Source of the DNA: Paraspadella gotoi
Taxonomy: Eukaryota; Animalia; Chaetognatha
Assembly: GCA_051294375.1 (NCBI GenBank)
Contig: CM119264.1
Location: 26,846,755-26,910,754 of the forward strand
Direction of reading: 5' to 3'
Length of the DNA: 64,000 nucleotides
Part shown: piece by piece, positions 27,031 through 40,400 of the stretch
Numbering within the stretch: the first letter of the stretch is position 1
Layout: each line of letters begins with the position of its first letter
Notes under the pieces: generated by a model
Databases searched by the model: none
Seen by the model: the letters and a program-made list of their open reading frames with translations, nothing else
Told to the model about the DNA's origin: nothing
Program-made: the position numbers and the translations under genes

Positions 27031-30000
27031 AGAGAAAGGAAGAAAGAAGGATCTCGGAAAAAGAAGGTAAGAGATCATATAAGAAAGAATTAAGGAGAAG
27101 TAGAGAAAGGCAGACAAATGGAATGTTATGCAACCATAGATTTAAGAGCTCAGAAGTTTATAAAATGGGTTTTCGAAATGCGTTTCTTAAATATAATATC
27201 TTAGAATTACATTTCACGATTAATCTACAGAAAGAATTAATAAACACTTTAGTATCTTTTTAAACTCATAACGAATATAAAAAAAAAACCTTGTGAAGTA
27301 ATACATTCGGTTCGACAAAAGAGTTACGAGGAGAAAAAAAAAACCTTTCCGCTTCATAAACCAAATCCAGGGACGGAGATTGTATGGATGTGTACTGCAT
27401 ATATTCAATGAATATTATTATTAAAGAGCAAAAGTATAATTTAAATTCAAAATTATTCGTGGATTATTGGATGCGTAAATGGGAGTCTTGATTACAAATT
27501 TTAAATAAATCTAAAAATCGTACGTAACCATTTTGAAAACGTCTCAAATGTTATAATCATGATAATATATACAACAGGTATCAGCTTATGAAAATAATTC
27601 CAATGCAATTATTATTATGTCAATCGCAAAAATTTTCTTTTTTCCGACTCGAAATCTCGAAAGTCGTTTCATTACGCTCCTCGTATCCCCGCAGTCGATC
27701 GCCTCGAAATTGATTACCCAATATCTTTCGTGGGGTTAATTTGCATCTTCCTCGAGTCCCACCCCTCCTCATCCTAACCTCTTCCCCCTCAACACCCTTT
27801 CCCCACCTCCTCCCCCCCCTCGCGGGCCAATCCCCCCCTCCGCCGCCGCCCGGGGAATCGCGGAACTTCTCCCTTCCCTCCTTACCTCTTTTCCTTTCCC
27901 CCGCGGTATATATACGAGCTCCCAGGTTTCCACTAATCGTCAGTATCAGGCGATTCCTTCATCAGGCGCAACTTGGCTACAAGGATTCGACTAAAAAATG
28001 ACTTTTCCTCCTCCTTTTTCGGCCGCCCTTTTTCCACTCTCTTGTCTATGGGATCGGAGAACTCTTTGTGTGGAGGAAAGTGCGGGTAGAGGCGAAGGGG
28101 GGGGGAGGAGAAAGAGCAAAGTCATTCCAAGGTATTGGATGGCTGCATTTCTCCCTTCATGATTTATTCGGTTATCCGACAACACCGACAATGGGCGCCG
28201 CATGGCCGAAAAAAAAAATGCAAGGATTTTTTAAACCTCGTCCTCAAATATATGATCAAAGAATATGGCAATTTCCAAATAATGTTGTTCTAAATCACAA
28301 TTAACAAGAAATAAAACGGTTAACGAAAATTGTTTATTAGTATCTACTATCTAGTAGGTAATTTAAAATTTTATAAAACCAAACGTAGTTGAGGGGGAAA
28401 CTTCGGGAAGGTACAGTAGGTACCTCCTGGCTGGCTGATTGTTCTGGGATGCCCTTGGGGAGAGAACAGAGAGGTAAAAGGATGCAAAATATACGACTGA
28501 ATGATGAAATTTTTTCTCCGACAAAATAAAAATATATATTATTCAAATTTAAAACCCGATGCGTCTGATTTGAGTATGCTTTGAATTTGAATCTGTAACA
28601 TAATTTAAGAAGTCTTTTGTTTACCACCCAGATTGAGGTGCTGTTTATTGTATTTGGCCAAGCGATGTCGCTCTCATTCAGACGAGCCCCATTTTGTTTT
28701 TTCCGTTTTCGGCAAAGTGCTGCTGCGGTCGTCGACGTCCCCGCCGTCGCAGCTGGCGCCGCAGAAGCCGCTTCGGTTTTCGGCAGGACTCGTTGCTTCT
28801 GCCGCTGAGGATGGGTAATGGTGTAATAATTTTTGGTCATCATCTTTTAATTTTTTCACTTAGCTTATACCAAAGCATACCATTTTACAACTGCCATTGT
28901 TTCCAATGCTTAATTTTCATCAATTTAGATTTTTTTATTCTCTTCTCCCCGCTTCAAATGGTTTTTATTCTGTTATTATGTATTATTCTCATACTTATGC
29001 GTTTCAAGTTCGTTATCGCTGCACAACAAAGTAACAGAGAATGTACAATTATACATTTTGCATCAACAATCCGGATACCCTGATCATTTGCGACGGTAAT
29101 TTTATCATCGCTCCCTATCGCTACAACTCCAGTATCTTGTCTTCTCTAAACTAGAACCCTGAACTGGGGTTGAAATCTCGCTTTTTCAAGAACAGGTTTG
29201 GTATGTATTTCTTTTTCATTGCCACAGGCGCAGCAGATCGTATTGATTTCGTCTTTTTTCTAATGACAAAGAATATATGGAGGGTGGTAGTCTTGGTTTA
29301 TTCTCTCTATAAGAAATTTTCAAATTGTTTAATAAACTATGCATATTACCAAAAATATTTAAAATTTTCTTCAACAATGATGATGTTGAAGAAAAATAAA
29401 AATCGTTTTAGTTAATTATCTAAAACAAAGAAAAGAAAGAAACTATGTGTAATATAACTATTCTAATTTTAAAGATTATTCCTAAAAATCGTTCTCGACC
29501 AACCCTATAAATTGTAGAAGACAAAGTTATTACGAATTAATGTGAGCTTGTCACATGTCAGGACTGTGGTTTAAATTCAGAATTTTGACGCTTTTGGCAG
29601 TCGAATTTTTCAAAGTGACAACCGGAGCGAAAATTAAATGTGCTGTTGGATCTAAAATTTATTGTAATTTGTTAAAAATAAGAATTTCCCACAAATTCTA
29701 TTAGATTTGTTATGTAATAATTGATAATTGATATGTCTTCATAGTTCATATGGTAGAGACCGAATTTATTTTTTTAATTTAAAAAGTTTGTTTCATTAAC
29801 GCCTTTGTTCATACTTTTAACTTCATCCCAAAAATATTAATTATCTCCTAAAAATATTACTAAAAATGATTTGGCTTGTATTACTTTGTATTTGCGTCGT
29901 ACATGATTCGTGCCAATGACCTAAAAACGATTACGCGTTCTCAGTTGATTTTTTCTGAATGATGCCACTGATCCCATGGGACTGCGCGTGAAAGCGGCAG

Positions 30001-30327
30001 GAGCTGCGAGAACAGTGAACAGCTGCTTCAAGACCTTAAAACAAGCAGTTGTTCAACCTCGGACTCTTGTCTTTTCAATATTGGTTTAAGTTACGTAATC
30101 GTATTTAGCGTTGTTTTAGTAATTTGAAAATAAAAATTACTTTGTCTTCGTTTGTATCGAATAATTTTGTTTTGATATTTGTAATTCTAAGAGGGGGGCA
30201 TCTTTCGTATTCCGAGTCTAAAAAGAGAAAAAAAAAGAGAGAAAAAATCCTTTTAAAGTTTTTTCCACAAACTCGAAAGCTCGATCGTGAAGACAGTTTG
30301 AGTTTCTCTGGCTTCCACTTCGAAGAA

Positions 30328-30370
<43 letters not shown>

Positions 30371-31860
30371 GGTCTGCGCCTTTCCCTGCCCTTCCCAGTG
30401 ACATTTTCGTTTACATCAACAGCGTTTCCCTTCACGTTTTGGCAGATTTTTGGTTTTTCTATGCATCAGTGTGAATCTCTCGGTTGTAAAAACTCAGTCG
30501 AAAGCCCCGATCTGTCTTTTTTTTTCGCTGCCCGCTGTAAAAAAATCGGGATTCGTTTAAACTTTATTTTCGGTTTTTCCCAACCGCGTCGAATTTGGGA
30601 ATTGAATTAACGTGGAATAGCTCGAGCCTCTCCCCAAGACCCGAGTCTCTCTCATCCCAAGTGAAAACTACTTCTCATTTCGTTCGATCCGTCGGGCATA
30701 GTAGTATTTATAATCTCGTCGAGAGTCCTGGCCTTCCTTTTTTTTTTTCAAATATATAAAGCCTGAGAATCGATTGATTTTCACCTTTGAACGAACTCTT
30801 CTCTCGTCCCGTCCTCTTTCCGACCCCTCGTTTTCAAATTTTCTCTCATCGGTTGACTCCTCTTTTTATTGTGGGGGCTTTTGTGGGTCGATCCTTTTCA
30901 ACGCTTATGACCCGGTTACGCTTCCCGTTGCTCTCCGTACCCAAAAATACGCGGCGACCGAAATTGTTTGCTTCTCAAATCGCTCTCGATTCTGAGAGCG
31001 AAAAATCGACTTTTGAAATAGTCTACGAAACTCAGTCTCAAGCCCGTCAATTTTGGAGTGAAACGGATTTGTGCTTTCGAGGATAGAATTTTTATCTTGG
31101 GATGCTTTCTCAGGCTTGTTAATCAAACAGAAGGAGGAAAAACCAAACATTCGAGCGAATCCGCTGCGCTCACCTTCCAAGAGAGAGAGATATGCTTCTT
31201 TCCTGTTTTTATTTAATGCCGATCCGGTTTCTGTTTGAGTGAAAACACTGCTTGATTATCTGCTAAAAATAGCTCGGGAGTGAACCCCGAGCTACTCTGC
31301 CAGTCTGAGTATATCCCTTCGTTCTATAAACAAAACAATTTTTTTCTTTTTAGTTTATTCGCACTTTGTTCTCTCGATCCCTTATCGTCGAATTCTCAAC
31401 GCTAACGATCGCTTCTCTTCTTTCTCTCCACCCAGATATTTCAGGTGTGTGGTTCACTGCGCCGATTGGGATAACAAATCGCACCAATGTCAGCTTCATA
31501 AACCGAAGCTGATTTTTTTTTTGTGGCTAAATGTAGTAAATGTACCCGCCTACGACGCTTTTAAAAAACAGAAACACTTGTCAATTAAAGAAGAAGAAAA
31601 ACCCCACTCGCAAAGACAAAACTCAATTAACAACTTTGTTCGCTTCGAATTTGCCTGGCACCGAAGAGGAATAAAAAAAAAAGGCTGCTTCTCTTTCTCT
31701 CTCTCTCTCCACTGACGCCACCGGCTTTTCATAACCCGCCCCGCCTGTCGCAAGCGTTGAACCATGACTTGTTGGCTTTCCGCTGCATCGCAACGTAAAT
31801 CGGCGCCGCCTCCGCCACGCGGAGGATTTCCTTGCACGCCGCGAGCATCCGGCCCACGGG

Positions 31861-34424
31861 ATGGAGCCCAGCGCCGATGACGACGGATTCGTGGAAAGGA
31901 CGACATTGACGACGACCCCATCGCCCGATCGTGACGCCCGCCCGTTCCACGACGAACGCCTAACTGGTGAGACCTCCCGTCACGTCAGCCCAATACTACC
32001 TATTTAATGTTTACCAATAAAAAAATAATATTGATCGAAAGTAGCGCTATAAAATCGTAGCTGGTGATATGAGGTCCTAGTCGCGTTAATTTAATCAAAT
32101 AATGTGAAAGTTTATAATCGAATACAATTTCTTTGCTTTTGGTTCCAAGTCGAAGCATGCCTTTCATTTATGTACATGGGAGATGGATTCGATGTAGAGA
32201 CAATGGTAAATATTTCCTCGAAACACCACAACAATCGGTTTGGATCTTCGATTCGAACGCAAAGTCGAGGAAGACTAACAAGGAATAGCAGGACTATATA
32301 CTAATAAGTATATTATCTAGTAATTTAAACAAACCGTTTTTAGTTATTATTAAATTAAATATCTCATGAAATTTTTGCAAAAGAGCTATAGCTTCCTTAG
32401 CGAACTAGTTTGCACTTCCTTAAGTTTGCTATAATGATAACGTTTTCTTAGACAATAGTTCTGTTTCAAATTGTCATCTCCTTGACACATATCGTTCATG
32501 CATGAAAATACCCGCGGTGACAGGGATAACCTGATGGCTGATACCTTGAAAAGTCAATGTTCATGGATATATTATAAAATTTGTTGACATAAGTTTTCGA
32601 TTGATAAATAGATTAAAAGGGCTGTTTGGATAGTTATTATTTACATTTCTGGATAAAAACGCATCTTGATTATTTCCAAACTTATAAACATTAAATGTTA
32701 TCTTTATTCATTTTTTGTCTTTAAAGGTGGGGAAAAATAATTGGCTAATTTTCTTGATGTTGGATCCTTTCACTTCCTTACCTTTTGTGAGCCACTCTTA
32801 AGAATGCCCGGTCTGTTGGATATCGTTACAACCATCTTTTGAAAAAAATAACTTATAATAGTACTCACGGGAATTTTCCTCGGCAAATATCAACCCGGTT
32901 TGGCAAATCTTCTTTGATTTATAATTATCAATCGAGTTTATTTTTCACACGATCAGACCGTTCAGCACCTCCCGACGCTTCCGCTTCCGCTTCCTCTTGC
33001 GACCAATCTCGTAGTCGCTCCTCCGAACCTAACCCCAACGTCGCCTCCCCCAACTCGTCGTCCGCGGCCGACATCTCTGCAGACATGAGGGAAATCAACC
33101 GACCCAAGACTGGCTCCAACGTCAGTAAAATGAAAGTAAGGAAAAACAAGTTATAATTTTTTAAAAAAAAATATTTTACAGAGCATTTGCCTCTCGTTTA
33201 ATTTGCTTTATTACCCATTTCGCTTTGTTTCTCCTCGTTTTTATTTTTATTTTTTAAGGATCAGGTAAATTTGTTTTTCCGAAATAAATAAGAAAATAAA
33301 AACTATTGGTTAATAGAATTTTGGAGTTGTGACTTTGCATTCATGTAACTAGTTTGTGTCTTCAGCTTTTTTTGGGGGTCCCGCGTGAATTTAGACGTAA
33401 TACATCTTAACTTTTTTTTTTCTTTAATTTGGGCTTTCTCGTTATTAACCCCAGAGTTCATACTCTTAATCAACGGCTTTATATATTTAAATTAATATCA
33501 GCTTGGGAAAGGTTGACGCTCCCTTCGAATCGAATAACTTCTGGGGGTTTGTTTTGAAAATGTCAAAATCTCCTATGATCGATGCCCTCTTTACGAAATT
33601 GAATTAAATTTTTTTTTTTTAAATTTCTCATCCCGCTTCCAAGTTCATCTTGGCGTCTAGTCCTAGTCGAATCGACCACAAGATTTCCCATCGAAGGGAA
33701 AAAAAAACATATCTCGCCGCACGGGGTCTCTTTTTTTAAACCTTCACCCTTCAGCCAAAAAAACGGTCGTGTTTTTTTGGGAGGGTTCGCGCATCGAAAA
33801 CCCTTCCCCTTTTTTTTTCATTTCCCCAGGAAATGTTCAACACGCGAAGTCTGGACGAGTCGGCCGCGGGCTCCTTCAACGAGTCTCGTCCAGTTGCCGG
33901 AGTGGTGGGCGTTGCCGGGCGTCTGCTCGACAACGCCAAGGCTAACCGCGCCAGGATGAGCATCGATCGCGTCGCCTCGACCGAGTCCAACGGAGCTGGC
34001 GCCGCCGCGGCCGACGACAACGAGATCGAAGAGACGGCGACGGCGACGGCGACCCCCTCCGTGGGCGCAAAGAACGGCCTAAAGTCCACCGATCACGTCA
34101 AACGTTTTCAAGTGGGTCGAGTTTGCGATGAGAGACATTTCAGTTCATGATGAATTGTAATGCAATGAATTTCTTCCACACTTTCTTTTTTCCAGAACGC
34201 TCGCGCTCTTTTCACCCGCATGGAGGAAGAGTCTAAAAAGGAAAATCTTCGCCCTTTGCCACTCGGCCAAAGTCCTTACGCCAAATATAGAGGGGTTTCG
34301 CCCGCTCGCGCCTCACATGTCGCCTCTCCCTCTCTGAGGTCTCCGCGCCCCCCTCCCCCGGGTAAATAGGCCATGTTTGTCTGTCTCTCTCTCTCCTTAT
34401 TTTTTTCTCTTTCTCTCTTTTTAT

Positions 34425-34498
<74 letters not shown>

Positions 34499-37400
34499 TA
34501 ACATACGAAATTTGTCTTTAGGCGCCGAAACCGACAGCGACGCGCCCCCTCGCGGTGCCGACGCCTACTCTTCGCCGCTTTCAGCTTGTTCCGATGCGCC
34601 GACGTCCCCGCTCGTTTCCCCGAGGCCCTTTAACAAACTGGGGTCGATGGGGGCGTCGCTGGGGTCTTCGTCGCCCACGCCTCCCAAGGCGGCCTACAAG
34701 GGAAAATTTGCCAGCGGAAGATCTCCCTCGTCTTCCTTCGACGAACAAAGGTTAACGTTTAATTAATATTAAGCTGTTCAGTAGTATTTGGCTAACTGAA
34801 TATTTATTTTTAATGAAACCTAACTGATGTGTCAGTGCAGTATCTCTATCTCTTTATTATCTTTGAGCAAAGGCAAAAAAACAACTCGAGCTGAAGCAGA
34901 ACCCAAGACAGAAATAAAATCTATCTCTTTGCACCTTTTGTCGTCGCTTGATGAGGAGGAAGGGGGAAGGGAGGAAAAGAGGCGGAAGCGGAAGAAGAAA
35001 AGGTGTCGCCATCGTTAATGGGGAAGAGAAATGGGAATTTGGGAATCCAGATTAAATCTCTCTTTATCTGAAAACTTTTTTAACCTTCATCAGTCGCAGC
35101 CCGGGATATCTTCCCAGTCGCGATCCCAAGTGCCAACTGTTCGAAGAACCTACGGTGGTGCCTCCTTCGACGCTTCGACAAGAGGGCGTTGGGGAGGAGA
35201 CGAAGACGGATCGTGGCAGCAAGAGGGAGAGTCGAAGGTAAGGGGCTTTTGGTAGGGTAATTTCATGTATATTGTTTCTAACTCAATTCTGCATTCGATT
35301 CAGCACGGACCGCCGGTCGGAACCCTCTCCTCCCACCCCTCAAGACAAAATGACCAAGGACGAGATAATTCGAAGCCTACAAGCAGCCGAGTCCTACTGG
35401 GAGCGGGGGACCTACGCCGCCGACCGGTCCGCGGAGCCAGAGCATCGCGAACCGCAGCAGCGCAACAGTCGCAGCACGCATCGACGCAGCAACGATCTCA
35501 ATCCGGCGGCGTCATCGACTTCTTCGTCGGTGCCCGATCATCCGCCCAGCGGCGCCGTCAACTCGGCGCCGTTTCCCTCGTCGCGATCGCCCTTCGTGGT
35601 GGAGAGCATGAGCGAGGACAAGGTAAGTTCGGAGGAAACAGCACTTGTTTTTTTTTTTNNNNNNNNNNNNNNNNNNNNNNNNNTCCAGTGGCGGTTGACT
35701 TACCAAGAACAAACTGATCCATTAGTATTAAAAGTGTTTCAATTTGAGTCCTAATGAATACGATAAGTCGAAGCGATATAGGATAAAGGATTTAAAAGAA
35801 TAAAGGATTTTCGAGGAAAACTATTCTCAGGGTTTCGCACTTTATAGTATATAAACAGTTGATACGAACGCTCGAAGAAAAATAAGAAACGATTATTTTT
35901 TTCCTTCGGAAAATTAATTCGTCTTGGTTCAAAAAAAAGTTTTTTAAAAAGATTAAAGGGTTTTTAACTTTTAAAACTTTATAAAAAGAGGGTTACATGA
36001 TCCCACTTCGGCTTTGAATTTTTTTTTTTTGGGTTTAGTTAGTGACCTCATCTCGAAGCGTAACTACTCCCGACTCGTCGTCGTCCTTCTTGCGTTTGAA
36101 TGTGGACACAAATAGGCGGGGGGGGGATGCAGGGCAGTTGAAACGATCCCTAGGATCGGCTAACAACATCAGCGTTACGAGTCGTGGCGAAACGTTAACT
36201 AAAATTCGTTACAGGTTCATTCGTACGCTTCGACTTCGGAAAAAGAAAGAAAGAAAGAAAAAGCTGAATACTGAACCGCGAGCGAGAAATAAAAATAACT
36301 TGCGAAAGCGATCAATTTCGTCGTCGAAGATTTACGATTACTCGACCCATAAAAAATCGGATCGGATTAGCGAAACGACATTTCCGAGCTGAAGCTTCGA
36401 AAAGAGAAAAAAAAATGTGGGTCGGCTTACTTGGAGCTGAGGAGCATCCTCTGTTCTCCCGGAGACATGAATTCGGTCGTCGCCTCGTTCCCAGTTCTGC
36501 GTTCGTCGACAGCAGTCCATGGGCGAAGCGATGGTGGATCTTCCAACACGTCCGCGGGAGACGCTACGACGAACGGGAAGGTCTGTGGATGTCGAGTTAA
36601 ATACACAAATTAATAGAGAAAAAACGAATACATTTACGCATAAATATGATAAAATTTAGAAAATTAAAATTTAGCACATAAAACATGAAAATAAACAATA
36701 ATAAATAAATACTTTAATAAATTTATTTTTTAATTTTATACATTTATGGGTACTATATTTATAATTAGTAATAAGTATATGATTGGCTAAATTTTTAAAT
36801 ACAAAAATTTTGGATTCCGCAAAAAGTTGATATAAGAAAGTATAATTATTTTTTAAAAATTCTTTCATTAAATTGTCAAAAGTGTAAAAAACTAAATTCA
36901 AAACGCCAATTTTCAATTTCCAGCTTAAAAATATAGTTTTTTATAATTTTAACCGACTTAATGACATAATTTATAAAAAAAGATTTATATTTTCTTTTTC
37001 AACTTTTAATGAGGAATATGAATCTGTTCTCAGAATTAAAAAAAAAACATTTTGATTTTGACTTTATATACAGGGTATAAGCTGACTGGGCTACTATATT
37101 GTAAAAAAGAAATAACTGCAGATTCGTATATACTAATATGATTGTTTTAAAGATATAACTGCTAACTTCGATTCCAAACTTTCACTTCTCCCTAATGTAC
37201 AGGGTGGGACTGGCGACTTAAATTGACCTTAGTCAACCAGATGACTTTTCGTCACAAGATACCATTCACCAAACATCTGTGAAGCCTCAGTCGTCGTCAT
37301 TGTCGTCGTCGTCTGACTTCTTCTTCTCCTTACATTGTGAAGTTTCTCTCATTCGAATTTCAAGCCAAGAACTAAAACCACGTTCTCTATCTTTATTAAC

Positions 37401-40400
37401 TAAATTTTAACCTCGTATCTTCAAGTATATCGTCCTTTTATTATTGTTTTTGAATATTTATAATACGCTCGATGAAACGTAGAACCTTTTTGCCTTTGTT
37501 ATTGACTTTTGAAGTAGTTATTTTAAATTAATTAAATTGAATCAACGACTTAATTTGTTTGTGACGATATATATCTTCCTAAAATTTTGTTTTACTTACC
37601 TAAAAATAATTAAATAGGTTTAATTTGGATAGTAATGAAATGCTTAAAATCAGGTGAATTGATGATAAGATCATAACAATGCCATGTTCAGAAAAGACCA
37701 CTGGAAAAAAGTATGGCTTTTAGTTTTATCGTATGCAATACAATGAAGTTGCTTAAAAATTATTTTTTTTACATTTTACAAGAGCCAAAAAAAAAAATTG
37801 CCACTAATTTTAGTATTGTATCTCAAATCGTTCGGCACGGGCAGGACGTATACAAAACTATACATGTATGCATAAATTAATAAGGGATTCCCTTCCAACC
37901 AACCTGTGCTGCCTCCCTCAACGTGAAAAGAGCACATGGATTGACTCTCTACGTTATTGAGTCTGTTCTTGGGAGAGACCCGTGGCGCCGTCTCCCGAAG
38001 ACGACGGCGACAGCAGGTCGACGCCGCTGTTGTAGCCGCCGTTGGACGACGCCAAGGCAGTTTCTCCAGCGGCTGTAGTGGCCTCGACTCTCCGAGTCCG
38101 ACGGGCAAGGGGGAGCAGGCGGCAAGTCGCCCAAATCGGGCGAGGGTAAGTCATCTCCGGGCGGGCCGCCGCGGGGAAAGGTCGCCGGCGGGGAAACGAC
38201 GGGAGAAACTTTGGAAGAGGAAGATGAGGAGCCGTAATTTCCCAAATCGCTGAGGCGGTGGGCGATGACGCCGGGCGTGGCGATGTCGTCGAGAGGAATC
38301 GCATCTCGGCGCCGTCGCCGCTCCCGCCCGTCTTCGTCTCGGCTTCATAAGTTTGGTGAAGGAACGCCGTTTCCCGGCGTCGCCCGTCGCCGCCGAGTCG
38401 GATGCGTCGCTCAGGGGGCGAGACGACTGAGGGGGCGGGGGAGACGATTGACACGGACGGCGGAACGGTAGGGCGGGCGTCAGCGGCAGAGCAGGAAGAC
38501 GCTTGGGGCGCAGCTTGACGTCGACGGTTTCGTTGGCGGAGCGGACGGTGACCTGAGACAGTAAAATTAGGTATGACAGAAGATCTCTCAAATACAACTG
38601 TTTCTTTAATTATATTGACCCAAGAACCTGAGGCTTCACAGTAGTTTGGTGAATGGTATCTTTGTGACGAAAGTCATCTGGTTGACTAAGGTCAATTTAA
38701 GTCGCCAGTCCCACCCTGTACATTAGGGAGAAGTGAAAGTTTGGAATCCGAAGTTAGCAGTTATCTTTAAAACAATCATATTAGTATATACGAATCTGCA
38801 GTTATTTTTCTTTTTTTACAAATATAGTAGCCCAGTCAGCTTATACCCTTATATAAAGTCAAAATTTCAAAATGTTTTTTTTTTAATTCTGAGAACATTT
38901 GGTGGTTACCAATTTGGAAGAGAAAAGGTAACAAAAAACGACCCCAATAACTACAGAGAGTTTGTCTGCTATCCATAGGCGAGCAGAGTCTTGGCAAGTA
39001 GTAGCTAGGCAGAATAAAAAAGTGGGCTGAGGAACATGGGGCTTCTGGATGACGATCAGGCGGTTTCGAAAATGGTAGATCACGGCTTTGACGCGACAAC
39101 AGATGATGATGAGATGCAGGAGGGATAGCTTTAGATCTGGAGGGATAGGAGATTAAAGAATCAAGAACACTTTAATCCATCGGCAAGGTTGCTGGACCTA
39201 AGGAAAGCTTACCAGAGTAAACTAAACCGGCTTTGTGGCGACTCCAGGAAGATATGGCCTCGATGGTGCTTTCTTAAAGGTTCTGATAACACCTCCACGA
39301 GACGACAGAGTAAGCGGTGAGAGGAAAAGAAGGAGCAAGTGAGCATGGGTCCGCACAAGTGGGTTTGAGAGAAGGGTGCCCTAACCTCATGTGACTTATT
39401 TAATTAGCATCTACCCATCCAAGCCGTCATGAGGAGAAAGCTGCAGAAGGAGAGAAAAACAAAGCGGAAGAGAAGAACCAAGTTTTTTTGGGATCGAGTA
39501 CAACTGGGTTCCCGGTTGTTCTATTCAAAGGGGAATATTGTGGGGTAGGAACAATTCGGAAAATCAGTCACGATAGTAATAGACAAGACCTTTTTGCCGG
39601 GACGGACACGACGTTAGTAGGGGATAAGGAGGAGCTAGAGGTTGGGGTCGAGAATTGTGAAAGAAGTCATGGGCAGAATATGAAGAGAGAAATATGATGA
39701 CAAAGAAGAGAGGACTGAGTTGGGGAGAGGGTGATAGTGGGGAAGTGAGAATGCTGGGGAAGCTGGATGGGTTGGAGTGAAATAATAAGGAACAGAATAA
39801 AGGAGAGCGAATAAGAGAGCAGTTAAGTGGATCTAGCCTATCTAAAAGATTGCCAGGCAAGGGTTGTGAAGCGTGTGTAGAAAATTCTTGCTCTTTCGAC
39901 AGCGCAGTCAGGGTCTGGACTTTGAGAGAAATTAAAAAACTCTGCAGAGTTTCGTAAGATAAAGCATACAGGTATTGTGTGAGGGAGGGAAACAAACCGC
40001 GCTCTAATCCAAAATGCCAGGAAGAAGGTCGCAATATGCAAGATGTTTAGGTCGCATTTGAAATAAAAGCCTAAGATGGAAAATTGAAGAAGCGAGTACT
40101 TGAGAAGGGATAGGCCATGTGATGCGTATGGATATGATAGATATGGCAAAAGCTGTGATTTCTTTGGTTGGATGAAGGAATTGGAAAATGGGAACTAAGG
40201 GTAGAAGAAACAGGCGCACAAACCATTACTGAGAAAAGCTACTACGAGAAGCTGGGATAGATGTATGCGGAAATTGGAGGAAATTAACTAAAGACCGTAG
40301 AATCTGGAGAAATTAACGTGAAAGAGCGAATGAGTCACTTATGGAATGGGAGAAAGTTTAGGACACAAATGGACAGGGGAAGTTGTAGTAGGAAAGTGAA

